Positions 54,075 to 62,694 of a stretch of 64,000 bases of DNA are shown piece by piece; position 1 is the first letter of the stretch, and every line of letters starts with the position of its first letter. Both the position numbers and the translations under genes were made by a program. The stretch is from contig JAQTTB010000001.1 in assembly GCA_028710985.1 (NCBI GenBank), positions 19,280 to 83,279 on the forward strand, read 5' to 3'. Source of the DNA: Patescibacteria group bacterium. GTDB lineage: Bacteria > Patescibacteriota > Patescibacteriia > JAHJFT01. The notes under the pieces are model-generated. The model saw nothing but the letters and a program-made list of their open reading frames with translations, was not told where the DNA came from and searched no databases.

Positions 54075-55229
54075 TTACGCCGTTTCCAGCGCGAACTTGC
54101 ATTCCGGCTTCAGATCGAAATAAAGTCCGGAAATGTCGCGGCAGATGTCTTTCCAGTTATATTTTTCATTCACGAAAATCTTCGCGCGCGCGCCCAGCTC
54201 TTTCAGATTTTCGGTTTGCGGCAAATACGTCTCAAGCTTACGGATTAAATCTTCAACATTCTTATTTTCAAAACTGATTCCCGCTTCACTCACGACTTCC
54301 ATATTTTCCGGGATATCGCTCGCGATCACCGGCAAACCCCAGCCCATCGCTTCAAGCAAAGCGATCGGCAAACCTTCGGATTCGGACGGATGAACCAGCG
54401 CGTAAGCGTTGCCAAAAAGCGCATTCAACGGCTCGCCGTTCTGAAAACCGGTAAATACAATAGATTCGTCGCCGGCCGCCATCTCATGAAGTTCTTTCAC
54501 GTAATCATCTGTAAAAGCCGAGTCGCCGACGATCACGAGTTTTTTATTGCCAATTATCTCCGGATTACGGAATTTTAGAGTTTTATAAGCATCAATCAAA
54601 TAATGGGCGCCCTTATGACGCACCAGCCGCGAAACCATAATAATATACTCTTTAGGCTCAAGACCAAACTTTTTAAGATACTCGGTGTCGGCCGGATTCT
54701 GCATCCTAACGCCGTTCGGAATATATTGAGTCATGGAATCATAAGCTTCGGAGCAATACTGATTCAAAGTACGCGAAACCGTAATGGTGCGGTCCGCGAA
54801 ACGGCACGCTGACCATTCGCCAAGGCGAAGCATAGCGCGGGCAATAAATCCCCATTTTTGATGCTTGCGATCAATGCAGTGAAAAGTCACCACCACTTTG
54901 GTGCTGGGTCGCAAAATTTTCGGAAGCCACGAGAGTAGCGCCGGCCCGACGCCGTGAATGTGGATAATCTCAAAACCGCTCCGGCAGGCATGAATAATGC
55001 TCAAGAAAGTATGGCTAATGGCATCAAGATGCTTGGTCTTAAGGCTCGGGGTATAAATAAGATGCACCCCGTTAATCTGTTCCTCGTGGCCCTTTGAGTA
55101 CCACGGGCGACAGTATACAAAAACCTCCAGGCCGAGTTCAGCCAGGCCGCGCGAAAGCTCATCCACGTGGCGTTCAATACCACCGAAGATAGCCGGGATG
55201 CCTTTTTGTCCGATCATTGCTATTCTCAT
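54075..55229 (-). CDS. glycosyltransferase family 4
   Basis: MRIAMIGQKGIPAIFGGIERHV N-terminus. C-terminal SESEGLPIALLEAMGWGLPVIASDIPEN motif. Confidence 0.8.
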   Translation of the reverse strand: MRIAMIGQKGIPAIFGGIERHVDELSRGLAELGLEVFVYCRPWYSKGHEEQINGVHLIYTPSLKTKHLDAISHTFLSIIHACRSGFEIIHIHGVGPALLSWLPKILRPSTKVVVTFHCIDRKHQKWGFIARAMLRLGEWSACRFADRTITVSRTLNQYCSEAYDSMTQYIPNGVRMQNPADTEYLKKFGLEPKEYIIMVSRLVRHKGAHYLIDAYKTLKFRNPEIIGNKKLVIVGDSAFTDDYVKELHEMAAGDESIVFTGFQNGEPLNALFGNAYALVHPSESEGLPIALLEAMGWGLPVIASDIPENMEVVSEAGISFENKNVEDLIRKLETYLPQTENLKELGARAKIFVNEKYNWKDICRDISGLYFDLKPECKFALETA

Positions 55230-55353
55230 ACCATGATTATTTGTAATGCGATTAATTTGTTATGTAATCTCATTAAATCCTCGTCTTGCCCGCCGAAATC
55301 CCGACCGAACGAAGTGAGCGTCGGGACGAAGGAGGGTCATTGCTATTCTCATA
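55214..55353. repeat. 17-bp direct repeat TCATTGCTATTCTCATA (55214..55230 and 55337..55353) flanking a 106-bp segment with a GC-rich hairpin TCCCGAC-N14-GTCGGGA
   Basis: The first copy contains the start codon of GT4 54075..55229. The second copy recreates the first five codons (MRIAM) in front of a 29-codon upstream ORF. Confidence 0.7.
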
Positions 55354-55664
55354 TTAAACAACCCACTATACCACATTTTTGCGTTTTTGTCAACTCTCGA
55401 GTCCGGCCAGCTCTTGACAAAACCCGCAATTTATGATATACTTTACCGTTAAAGTCAAAATGGAACAGTCGTATCTTATGACAAATTTTGGCTAAAGCAA
55501 GCCCTTTACAACCTTCTCCCAAGCGTCGAATCTACATTTTCTGGCTATTTTCAGCAATGGTTGGCACACAGTTCAACCCCACCTGCTCGGCTTATATTAT
55601 GCAGATTCATCGCTTAGGAGAAGCAAAACAACCTAAACGCAAAAAACACCGAGGAGGGTGTAAA

Positions 55665-56699
55665 ATGAAGAACTCCAGGATAGTGCTGATTCTCTGCGCC
55701 CTGGTACTGATGGCCTGCGAGACGAGGTACGTGGACGTGGGCGGCGAGCCCGACACCTCCATCGACACCGCGTCCGACAGCGTGGAGCTCTGCTCCGACG
55801 GCCTGGACAACGACATGGACGGCCTGGTCGACTGCAACGACAACGACGGCGACGAGAACTGCCCGCCGTGCGCGGACGCGTCAACCGACGCCGTGGCCGA
55901 CGAGATCGAGGACAGCGCAGAAACCGACGTCCCGCCCGTGGAGCTCTGCTCCGACGGCCTGGACAACGACTTCGACGGACTCGTGGACTGCAACGACGGG
56001 GACGACTGCTGCGATGAAGCAGTGTGCGTTACGAGCGAGCACTGCGCTTCGGAAGACGCTTCAAGCGACTCCGAAGAGGAAGCCGACGCAGTCTCCGACT
56101 CGGGTGCGGATTCGGATCCCGCCGAGGACCCCGTGCCTGACACTGATCCCGACACCGCCTCCGACCCGGATAGCGCAAGCGATCCGGACGCGGTCTCTGA
56201 CCCGGACGTGGTGGACGCCGAAGCCGACGCAGCTGACATCCTCCACTCCGGCCTGGCCACGTTCAAGTGGTGCCGGCCCATGACCATGGCGCGCCCCGAC
56301 CACATTCTCGCGGAATGCTTTGTCTGGGGAAGCCTCTATGAAAGCTGGGATGACTCCTGGGAGCTGGCAACCGGCTCTCCGGACTTCGTCGCACCGGCCG
56401 ACAGCGACTGCATCGAGTTCACCCTGCCAGATCTGGATTACACGCTCCTCGGAATAAGCGTAGAGTGCAACATCACTGCCTATTCCGACTCGGCGTACGG
56501 GCCGTGGGGACGCATCTACGCTCTCGGCGAGTGCACGTGCGGCGGCAGCTGTGTCGTAAAAGGCACGCTTACCGTCCGTTCCGGTCCCGACGCTGATGAC
56601 GCAACCGCCTTGGATCTCACGAGCCTAGTCGTGCAGAATCCGCGATGCGCGTCCCTGAGCGACCAGGCCGGCAACTACGTCCTCTCACCTATTCCATAG
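55665..56699 (+). CDS. secreted acidic lipoprotein with thrombospondin type-3-like calcium-binding repeats (high-GC compositional outlier)
   Basis: Strong RBS GAGGAGG 7 nt upstream of the ATG at 55665. Lipobox LVLMAC. Two repeats: [27 protein letters not shown] and [22 protein letters not shown]. Poly-(DPD[ST]AS) tract. GC above 60%. The ORF track's longer start at 55488 was rejected. Confidence 0.6.
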   Translation: MKNSRIVLILCALVLMACETRYVDVGGEPDTSIDTASDSVELCSDGLDNDMDGLVDCNDNDGDENCPPCADASTDAVADEIEDSAETDVPPVELCSDGLDNDFDGLVDCNDGDDCCDEAVCVTSEHCASEDASSDSEEEADAVSDSGADSDPAEDPVPDTDPDTASDPDSASDPDAVSDPDVVDAEADAADILHSGLATFKWCRPMTMARPDHILAECFVWGSLYESWDDSWELATGSPDFVAPADSDCIEFTLPDLDYTLLGISVECNITAYSDSAYGPWGRIYALGECTCGGSCVVKGTLTVRSGPDADDATALDLTSLVVQNPRCASLSDQAGNYVLSPIP

Positions 56700-56718
56700 G
56701 GGGTTCGTCTCTCCCCAT

Positions 56719-56768
56719 GGGCAGGATAAGCAAGGTCCCCCCCTACCTTGCCCCTGCCCGCCTTTTTT
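56719..56768 (+). terminator. first stem-loop plus T-run after the lipoprotein gene
   Basis: GGGCAGG ...(26 nt)... CCTGCCC gccTTTTTT. Confidence 0.4.
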
Positions 56769-56805
56769 CAGCGAATCATGCAAATGATTCATTGAAAAAA
56801 GGCAA

Positions 56806-56845
56806 AAATAAAAAACGCCCCGTGTTTACCGAGGGCGTTTTTTTG
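56806..56845. terminator. rho-independent terminator (bidirectional character)
   Basis: aaaaaaCGCCCcgtgtttaccgaGGGCGttttttt. Confidence 0.65.
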
Positions 56846-56986
56846 TGCATCTTAGTCAGAACATGGGGTTCGGGGGCGCAACTGAGCATGGCGCTAGGAA
56901 GCAGTGAATTGCCTATTTGCCGAGAGCGAACCCGCCTGCCAACGCCTGGCGTAGGCCTGGCGGGCAGGTTTGCGACCCCGAAACTT

Positions 56987-57199
56987 CCTGCCTGCCGGCA
57001 GGCAGGTTGCATACTTTTGGTTACAAAAGTATGTCCCGCTGAAAGCGAACAAGAGTGATGCTAGAAAACAATAATCAATACCCAGACAAGCGGCAGGCTG
57101 TGGCTAGAAAATCCCAATATTAAAACAACTTGCACGAAAATATTTAATAGGATTCCCCCGGTACATTGAACCTGGATCCCCGCCTTCGCGGGGATGACG
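56987..57199. repeat. copy B of the ~215-bp intergenic repeat (palindrome at 56987..57006, hairpin at 57010..57033, REP-like palindrome at 57174..57199)
   Basis: Same orientation as copy A at 43024..43265, with an almost base-for-base match: cctgcctgccggcaggcaggttgcatacttttggttacaaaagtatgtcc(c/t)gctgaaagc... then ...taataggattcccccggtacattgaacctgga. Confidence 0.8.
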
Positions 57200-57247
57200 A
57201 AGAGAGCACTTTGCCACTTACCGTCATTCCCGCGAAAGCGGGAATCC
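57174..57247. repeat. inverted pair of REP-like palindromes (GGATCCCCGCCTTCGCGGGGATGACG, 24-nt spacer, CGTCATTCCCGCGAAAGCGGGAATCC) forming a ~28-bp-stem hairpin
   Basis: Units at 57174..57199 and 57222..57247. The second is followed by agaaaca, as at 11756. Confidence 0.8.
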
Positions 57248-57261
57248 AGAAACAAAGCCCC

Positions 57262-57385
57262 TCCAAAATCCCTCTCTGACACGTCGCTCGCGAGCGACGT
57301 GTCTCTGTCTCCCCCTTCCTGCCTGCCGGCAGGCAGGTCAGCCACCCCGAAACTTTTTGGTTACTTTTTGGTTACAAAAAGTAAC
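57262..57385. repeat. partial third copy of the intergenic repeat (palindrome CCTGCCTGCCGGCAGGCAGG at 57318..57337 and hairpin GTTACTTTTTGgttaCAAAAAGTAAC at 57360..57385)
   Basis: aaaatccctctctg...ctcccccttcctgcctgccggcaggcagg matches 43030..43073. Confidence 0.7.
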
Positions 57386-57458
57386 GCGCCGGAGGCAAGA
57401 GACCAGAGGTAAAAAGATGCAAGAAAAAAATGGGAGGCCCAAACGATTGTAGGAGGAA

Positions 57459-57490
57459 CAAAAAGACGTGCCTTTAAGCACGCCTTTTTA
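57459..57490. terminator. bidirectional rho-independent terminator downstream of gene 57499..59394
   Basis: aaaaagaCGTGCctttaaGCACGccttttta. Confidence 0.55.
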
Positions 57491-57498
57491 TAATATTT

Positions 57499-59394
57499 TT
57501 ATGGACGGACTTTTCCAAGACCCGCCGCCCGCGTGTCATGCGCAAGCTCGGTCGTAATCAACGGAGTGGCAAACGACAAATCTTTACCGATAAATTCATC
57601 ATGCGCCGTCACCTTTATCCAGTCAACGAGCGACGCCGCCGTGCCCGCCTGATCCGCGGTCGGCACAATTTCCACCTCAAAGCTCAGGCCGATCACGGCC
57701 CCGGATTCAGCTGTGGCCGAAAGCTCTTTAAGCGACCAGGTTATCATTCCGGTGTCCGGATTATAATTAATGCTGTCCCCGGCCGTCACGCTTGAAAGCC
57801 CGGCATATGTAACATTCGGGGCAAGTTTTGCCTGCAGAAACATGTTGGTCAGATCGCTTGTGGTTTTTGGCAAATTCCAGAAAACCCAATACTTGGTCGG
57901 TCTCTCGACCTTGGGCGGCATGGAACCACGGCCAAGCTGATCACCGGTTTCGGCCCAATAACGCGCGAATGCCTGACTCGCGAACGGCGTTATCATTTTT
58001 ATATCAATACGTCCAGTTTTATAAACCGCAGCCCCTTCTTCCCCTTCAACGCGGTAACTCGCCAAAACCGCGACAGGCATTGTTATATTCTTCTGCGACT
58101 CGAGCTGTGAAAAATCCGGATTACTTTTTAGATATAAGGCGCCGGATACTTTTTTTGTCTCGCCCGGCGCAAGGCCTGCCGCACTTTCTTTAAAATAAAA
58201 TCTTCCATCGCGAAATTCCATTCCCTCGATGCGCGCCGTATTTATTAAATAAGCATCGGCTTCAACCGCGAGAGCGACGTCGGAAAGCGCAAAGTCGCCA
58301 ATATTTTTATACGATACCACGACATCCATTTTCTCGCCCCAGCCGGCAACCGGTTCGGATGTATCATTTATACGTATAACCGCTTCAATCTGCGGCGGAA
58401 CAATCTGCGCCGAAGCGGCTAAAATCTCCTGGCGCGCTTTCTCTTCACCCGCGGTTACGTATGTTTCGAAATAAAAATTCGCGCGGCTGTCCGGACAGGC
58501 AAGATAGCCGCGAATTGTAATCTCACCCTCTTTCCCGGCCTCAAGGTCGCCAATTCTAAAAACATTTTCTAACATAGGGAGCGATGAACTCAAGTATTCA
58601 AACCCGGCGGGCCAATACGCGTGAACCTCAGCATTCACGAGAGCGGCGCTTCCTGTATTTTTATATTTAATCTTAACATCAATATCCTGATTATTTATCA
58701 GCTTTTCCGGAGCCTCAAGCTCGGCCCAGAACACGGAATCATCTATAGTATAGCTTGCGGTGAACGGCTTCTGCTCATTCTTGCCGTTCTCGGCCTGTGT
58801 GAATCCGAGCGTTGACCAGACGGTTTGTGAATCTCCAACCGTGCCCCAAACGCGTCCATGCAAACGCAGTCTCCCCTCTCCCCCTGGGGGCAGGGTTCCG
58901 ATATCCACAATATTTTTTGTTGCGTCGGTCTGCGCCGGAATCGTATCTAAAAGTTGAAAATTATTCGGCAGCCTGAAACTCCAATAAGCCTCGTCAAGTA
59001 TTGATTCCGAATCGTTCCGGTAAACCCAGACCACGCTCACTTCTCCGCCGCTCACGATCTCCTGCGGCATAACTGCGGTATCAATATGAATCTTGTCGGC
59101 AATCGAAGGCTTGTAAAAATAAATAAGTGTGACAAAAACCGAGAGCGCAATAATGAGTCCTAAAAGCGCCATATCCACCCAGAAAAGAATTTTGGCGCGC
59201 TTGTATTTGCCTTCATAGCGCGTTTCATAATGATCGCGAAGCCGCGAGGTAATGGCTTTCGCCGGCTGTAAGGCCACATTCAGTGTCCCAATAAAAATAT
59301 TACCTCGTCCTTTGTCGGCCGCGGATTTAAATTCCTGCGGAGTCATAACATCTTCCGACACATTGGTTAAATCAGTTGTTTTTTCTTCTGGCAT
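57499..59394 (-). CDS. membrane-anchored extracytoplasmic protein with three CARDB/DUF11-like beta-sandwich repeats
   Basis: Cytoplasmic N-terminus of about 65 aa and one TM helix. Repeated xVxYKNxG...A segments: DVKIKYKNTGSAAL, DVVVSYKNIGDFAL and VVWVYRNDSESIL. Confidence 0.5.
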   Translation of the reverse strand: MPEEKTTDLTNVSEDVMTPQEFKSAADKGRGNIFIGTLNVALQPAKAITSRLRDHYETRYEGKYKRAKILFWVDMALLGLIIALSVFVTLIYFYKPSIADKIHIDTAVMPQEIVSGGEVSVVWVYRNDSESILDEAYWSFRLPNNFQLLDTIPAQTDATKNIVDIGTLPPGGEGRLRLHGRVWGTVGDSQTVWSTLGFTQAENGKNEQKPFTASYTIDDSVFWAELEAPEKLINNQDIDVKIKYKNTGSAALVNAEVHAYWPAGFEYLSSSLPMLENVFRIGDLEAGKEGEITIRGYLACPDSRANFYFETYVTAGEEKARQEILAASAQIVPPQIEAVIRINDTSEPVAGWGEKMDVVVSYKNIGDFALSDVALAVEADAYLINTARIEGMEFRDGRFYFKESAAGLAPGETKKVSGALYLKSNPDFSQLESQKNITMPVAVLASYRVEGEEGAAVYKTGRIDIKMITPFASQAFARYWAETGDQLGRGSMPPKVERPTKYWVFWNLPKTTSDLTNMFLQAKLAPNVTYAGLSSVTAGDSINYNPDTGMITWSLKELSATAESGAVIGLSFEVEIVPTADQAGTAASLVDWIKVTAHDEFIGKDLSFATPLITTELAHDTRAAGLGKVRP

Positions 59395-59411
59395 ACAAGT
59401 ATGATACCAAT

Positions 59412-61469
59412 TTATTTAATCATGGACAATGTAAAAACCCCGGTTGTCTCGGCGATAATCTCATCGCGTCCATCATTGTCAATATCCGTCGCCGCAACGC
59501 CGACTCCGGAATTATCGTGCACATCATAAGCAAAAAATCCGCCGCCGTCGAGCGCCTGCCCTTTTTCGTTGAACACGCGCACATGCGGACCGCCGCCCAG
59601 GCCCGGACCAGTGATTATTTCATCCGCGCCATCGCCATCCGTATCCCCGGCCGCGACATTCACTCCGCCACGAAAATTTTTATCATAAGCGAAAAATCCC
59701 GGATTGATCAGGCGTCCGTCCAGCCCAAAAACGCGCACATGCGGACCCCCGCCGACTCCGGCTCCGGCAATTATCTCTTTCCAGCCGTCGCCGTTCAAAT
59801 CTCCGATCGTCACATTCACCCCGCCACGAAAATTTTTATCATAAGCGAAAAATCCCGGATTGATTAAAACGCCATCGCGGTTAAAAATTCTAATTTGCGG
59901 ACCGCCGCCATTTTCCGTTCCGGTGACGATTTCCATAAAACCATCCTTGTCCAAATCTCCGGCTGTGATATTTATGCCACCGCGATATTTATCCGTATAG
60001 GGATAGAACTGGGCATGCACCTTGCCGGAGGCATCATAAATCGTCACGCGATTTATATCACCGACCACGGTTTCGTCCTGACCGTCACTATTCAAGTCAG
60101 CAATCGCCACATTACTTCCGCCCCGGTAATCCGCTTCGTAGGCAAAAAAACCGGTGCGATAAACTTCGCCGTAACGGTTGAATATTCTTACAAAACTTCC
60201 GTTTGTGAATGTCGTGTTGGCAATTTTTTCGATCGGCCGAATCAGCACAATGCCGTCGCGCGGCGCGACAACTGTGCCGCTCACGATGGACCCGTCGTTT
60301 TTTTTCGGATCCTGGACACCGTGAATTTTTTCATATTCTCCAAAAAATTCGGTTGACTGGTTGCTGTAAGTAGAATTCACCAGCACCAAGCCGTTTTGAA
60401 ATTCGCGCTTCCACAAACCCTCCATTAAATCCGAACCGGAAGAAGTGAGGTTTTCCGCCGGACCCTTGGGAGCGCCGAGATATGCACCGTATTCATCATA
60501 CCACCAGGTTTGGCCGTGATCCTGGTCACCGAAATCAAAACTGTAATATCCGTCAAAAAGCATAGCGCTCGTATAACCGAAACGCATTGTCTTGTAATCA
60601 TTCTGGCTGCCGGTATTGTTCGTATTGGAATTTAGAATATTGGACGATGGCTGCTGCGATTCCGTGACGGCATCGCGGTAGTTTTTAAGCGCGTACGTCC
60701 AATCTTTGCTCGAAAAATTCTCAACCGTCACACCGTCGGTATGGTTTGCGTAATACGGGCCATCATTCAGCATCACGAGATATTTGGAGCCAATCGCACT
60801 CGCGGTTGCATCTAATGCTTTCGCGATTCCTTCTTTCCACAGGCGATTTGCGTCGCTTGATCCCGCCGGCTGACCGTCGCGGTTAAAATCAAGATTTCCG
60901 CCGGCAAAATATGTTACATCCTCCCAGCCATTATCAAAAAAAACACCATCCCATTTTCCCGAAGCGATAATTTCATTCTTAACAAAACTCGGCAAATAAT
61001 CATTCCAGCGTTGACCGGCAACCGAAAGGCATTCGTTCGTGATATTCATTATCCAATTGCCCTGCCAGAATGATCTTTTGTTTCCGGATGTATCAACGAG
61101 GTACCATTCATTTTTAATTCCCTGGGCCAATTTACGCCGCAGCGAACTTGAGGCCAGGCCGTCAATACTTTGTCGCACTTCAACGAGCGGAATATAAGCG
61201 AATATTTTTATATCCGGATTGATTCGCCTCATCGTGTCAATGGCGGAGGGATTGGATGTCTGGATATCCATGTCCAAAATCACCACATCCCATTCTGCAA
61301 GATCTCGCGCCTTGTCGTCTGCCACGCTCCAATGCAAAAAAATATTGGCCAACCGCGGCGCGTCCGTATTCAAAGGCGCACTTGCCGCCAAACCAGGCCA
61401 ACTAATAAATATAATTAACAAAATAAAAAAGCCTTGAACCCAAAACTTTAATTTACGGAGAATTTTCAT
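59412..61469 (-). CDS. secreted protein with an N-terminal TIM-barrel glycoside-hydrolase-like (GHL) domain and C-terminal FG-GAP/VCBS repeats
   Basis: Signal peptide beginning at MKILRKLKFWVQGFFILLIIF. The start is chosen at 61469; the ORF track start of 61574 adds 35 non-signal residues. Seven or more DxDxDG...GGGP(H/Q)VRVF modules. A 156-bp tandem duplication lies inside. Confidence 0.55.
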   Translation of the reverse strand: MKILRKLKFWVQGFFILLIIFISWPGLAASAPLNTDAPRLANIFLHWSVADDKARDLAEWDVVILDMDIQTSNPSAIDTMRRINPDIKIFAYIPLVEVRQSIDGLASSSLRRKLAQGIKNEWYLVDTSGNKRSFWQGNWIMNITNECLSVAGQRWNDYLPSFVKNEIIASGKWDGVFFDNGWEDVTYFAGGNLDFNRDGQPAGSSDANRLWKEGIAKALDATASAIGSKYLVMLNDGPYYANHTDGVTVENFSSKDWTYALKNYRDAVTESQQPSSNILNSNTNNTGSQNDYKTMRFGYTSAMLFDGYYSFDFGDQDHGQTWWYDEYGAYLGAPKGPAENLTSSGSDLMEGLWKREFQNGLVLVNSTYSNQSTEFFGEYEKIHGVQDPKKNDGSIVSGTVVAPRDGIVLIRPIEKIANTTFTNGSFVRIFNRYGEVYRTGFFAYEADYRGGSNVAIADLNSDGQDETVVGDINRVTIYDASGKVHAQFYPYTDKYRGGINITAGDLDKDGFMEIVTGTENGGGPQIRIFNRDGVLINPGFFAYDKNFRGGVNVTIGDLNGDGWKEIIAGAGVGGGPHVRVFGLDGRLINPGFFAYDKNFRGGVNVAAGDTDGDGADEIITGPGLGGGPHVRVFNEKGQALDGGGFFAYDVHDNSGVGVAATDIDNDGRDEIIAETTGVFTLSMIK
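59657..59863. repeat. intragenic tandem duplication (156-bp period; 51-bp near-identical cores at 59657..59707 and 59813..59863) within the FG-GAP region
   Basis: attcac(t/c)ccgccacgaaaatttttatcataagcgaaaaatcccggattgat occurs twice. It is also visible as the repeated HSATKIFIISEKSRID / HPATKIFIISEKSRID stretches in the antisense ORF 59376..59867. Confidence 0.8.
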
Positions 61470-62694
61470 TTTTGAGTTTAAGCGATGACTCATATATCTC
61501 AAATATTTTTTTATAGTGATCCGCCGCGCCGTTTTCTTTCTCCACCCTCGCCCTCCCCTGTTTTCCGAACTCAATAAGTTTTTTCGGATTTTTTTCCGCG
61601 TCCAGGATTCTTGCCGCTAAATCGTCCGGATTTCTTGGTTCATAGAGATAACCGCTCATACCGTGCTCAACCATTTCCGGAATTCCACCAAGCCGCGACG
61701 CGATTATCGCCTTGCCGAGCGCTTGGGCCTCGAGCACGCCATATGGATAATTATCGTGCATGAGCGTCGGCACGATTACCGCGCGGCATCCGCCAATTTC
61801 AGCCTTGAGCGCGTCCGGCGCAAGATGTCCGAAAAATTCAATATTTTTCGCGCCGCTGGTTTTTACAAAATCCTTAAGTCCGTTCTCGAGCGGTCCGGAT
61901 CCGGCGATCTTCAATTTAATATTCTTGTGTTTGCAAAAAACGCTTACCAGATCGGAGACTCCCTTTTCGTGCGCCAGCCGCCCGGCATAGAGATAGTAGT
62001 CTCCGACTGCTTCGTGCGGCTCATATTCATCAAGGAAAACAAAGTTCGGCACTACCTCAATGCGCTTCACCCGTACCCCCCAATCCTTAATTTTTTTGGT
62101 AAAGAAACGGCTTGGGCTAACGTAGCAATCTACCACATTTTCGTATATTTGTCTAGTCTTGGCAATGGCCATTTCCGCGGCCGCGAGAGCGCTCGAGGCC
62201 AGCGAATTCTGCGCGCATCTGTAAATAATGGCATTGTAATATTTGTGTTTGAAACACCTCTCGCAGATTCTGCCGCGGGTGAATAATTTATAATTCGGAC
62301 AAATGAGTTTATAGTCATGGAGGGTCAGGATTTTTGGCGCCGGCGAATCGCGGAGCGCATCCAGCACCGATGTACTCAGCTGATGATAGATATTATGGAG
62401 ATGCACAATATCGGGTTTAAAATCCGCGAGCAGTTTTTTCAAATTACTGCGCGCTTCGAAATTATATAAATACCCTGCCGCCTTGCCGGCTTCTCTTAAG
62501 ATTCCTTCGCGGCGGGTGTAATCAACTTCGGAAACAAAATACTTGCTCCATACGGATTTATCATTTTCACGGCCCTTCATGGAGAAGAATGCGACTTCGT
62601 GGCCCTGCCGCTTCAGGAGCTCCGCTAGGTCAAAAAAATAAGTTTCCGCTCCGCCGCGCCGGTAAAAAAATTTATTAATTAATAATATTTTCAT
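61453..62694 (-). CDS. glycosyltransferase family 4
   Basis: MKILLINKFFYRRGGAETYFFDLAELLKRQGHEV N-terminus. Typical GT4 C-terminal half. Confidence 0.8.
   Translation of the reverse strand: MKILLINKFFYRRGGAETYFFDLAELLKRQGHEVAFFSMKGRENDKSVWSKYFVSEVDYTRREGILREAGKAAGYLYNFEARSNLKKLLADFKPDIVHLHNIYHQLSTSVLDALRDSPAPKILTLHDYKLICPNYKLFTRGRICERCFKHKYYNAIIYRCAQNSLASSALAAAEMAIAKTRQIYENVVDCYVSPSRFFTKKIKDWGVRVKRIEVVPNFVFLDEYEPHEAVGDYYLYAGRLAHEKGVSDLVSVFCKHKNIKLKIAGSGPLENGLKDFVKTSGAKNIEFFGHLAPDALKAEIGGCRAVIVPTLMHDNYPYGVLEAQALGKAIIASRLGGIPEMVEHGMSGYLYEPRNPDDLAARILDAEKNPKKLIEFGKQGRARVEKENGAADHYKKIFEIYESSLKLKNENSP

Noticed and set aside
55488-55664. Upstream extension of the lipoprotein gene to 55488
   Set aside because: It has no RBS, and the extension crosses the sharp GC transition. 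The strong GAGGAGG Shine-Dalgarno and signal peptide begin at 55665.
55607-56305. 232-aa minus-strand ORF (Ser/Ala/Gly-rich) and the Arg-rich ORF 55633..55884 antisense to the TSP3 lipoprotein gene. Similar antisense ORFs occur inside the surface-protein gene (e.g. 48369..48806, 48959..49261) and inside GT4 genes (7529..8257, 7866..8282, 6560..6907, 5049..5312)
   Set aside because: They are typical stop-codon-poor antisense frames of high-GC coding DNA. The sense frame has clear motifs (lipobox, TSP3 repeats, GT4 signatures) and the antisense products are low-complexity.
11730-57247. Neisserial origin suggested by the dRS3-like ATTCCC-N8-GGGAAT repeats
   Set aside because: Gene content argues for a CPR/Patescibacteria-like genome. 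It has a short EF-Ts, DUF2304/GtrA/GT2 modules, a four-helix-bundle protein, a DUF5667 anti-sigma factor, and no LPS or outer-membrane genes. The repeat is a convergent or independently spread REP-like palindrome.
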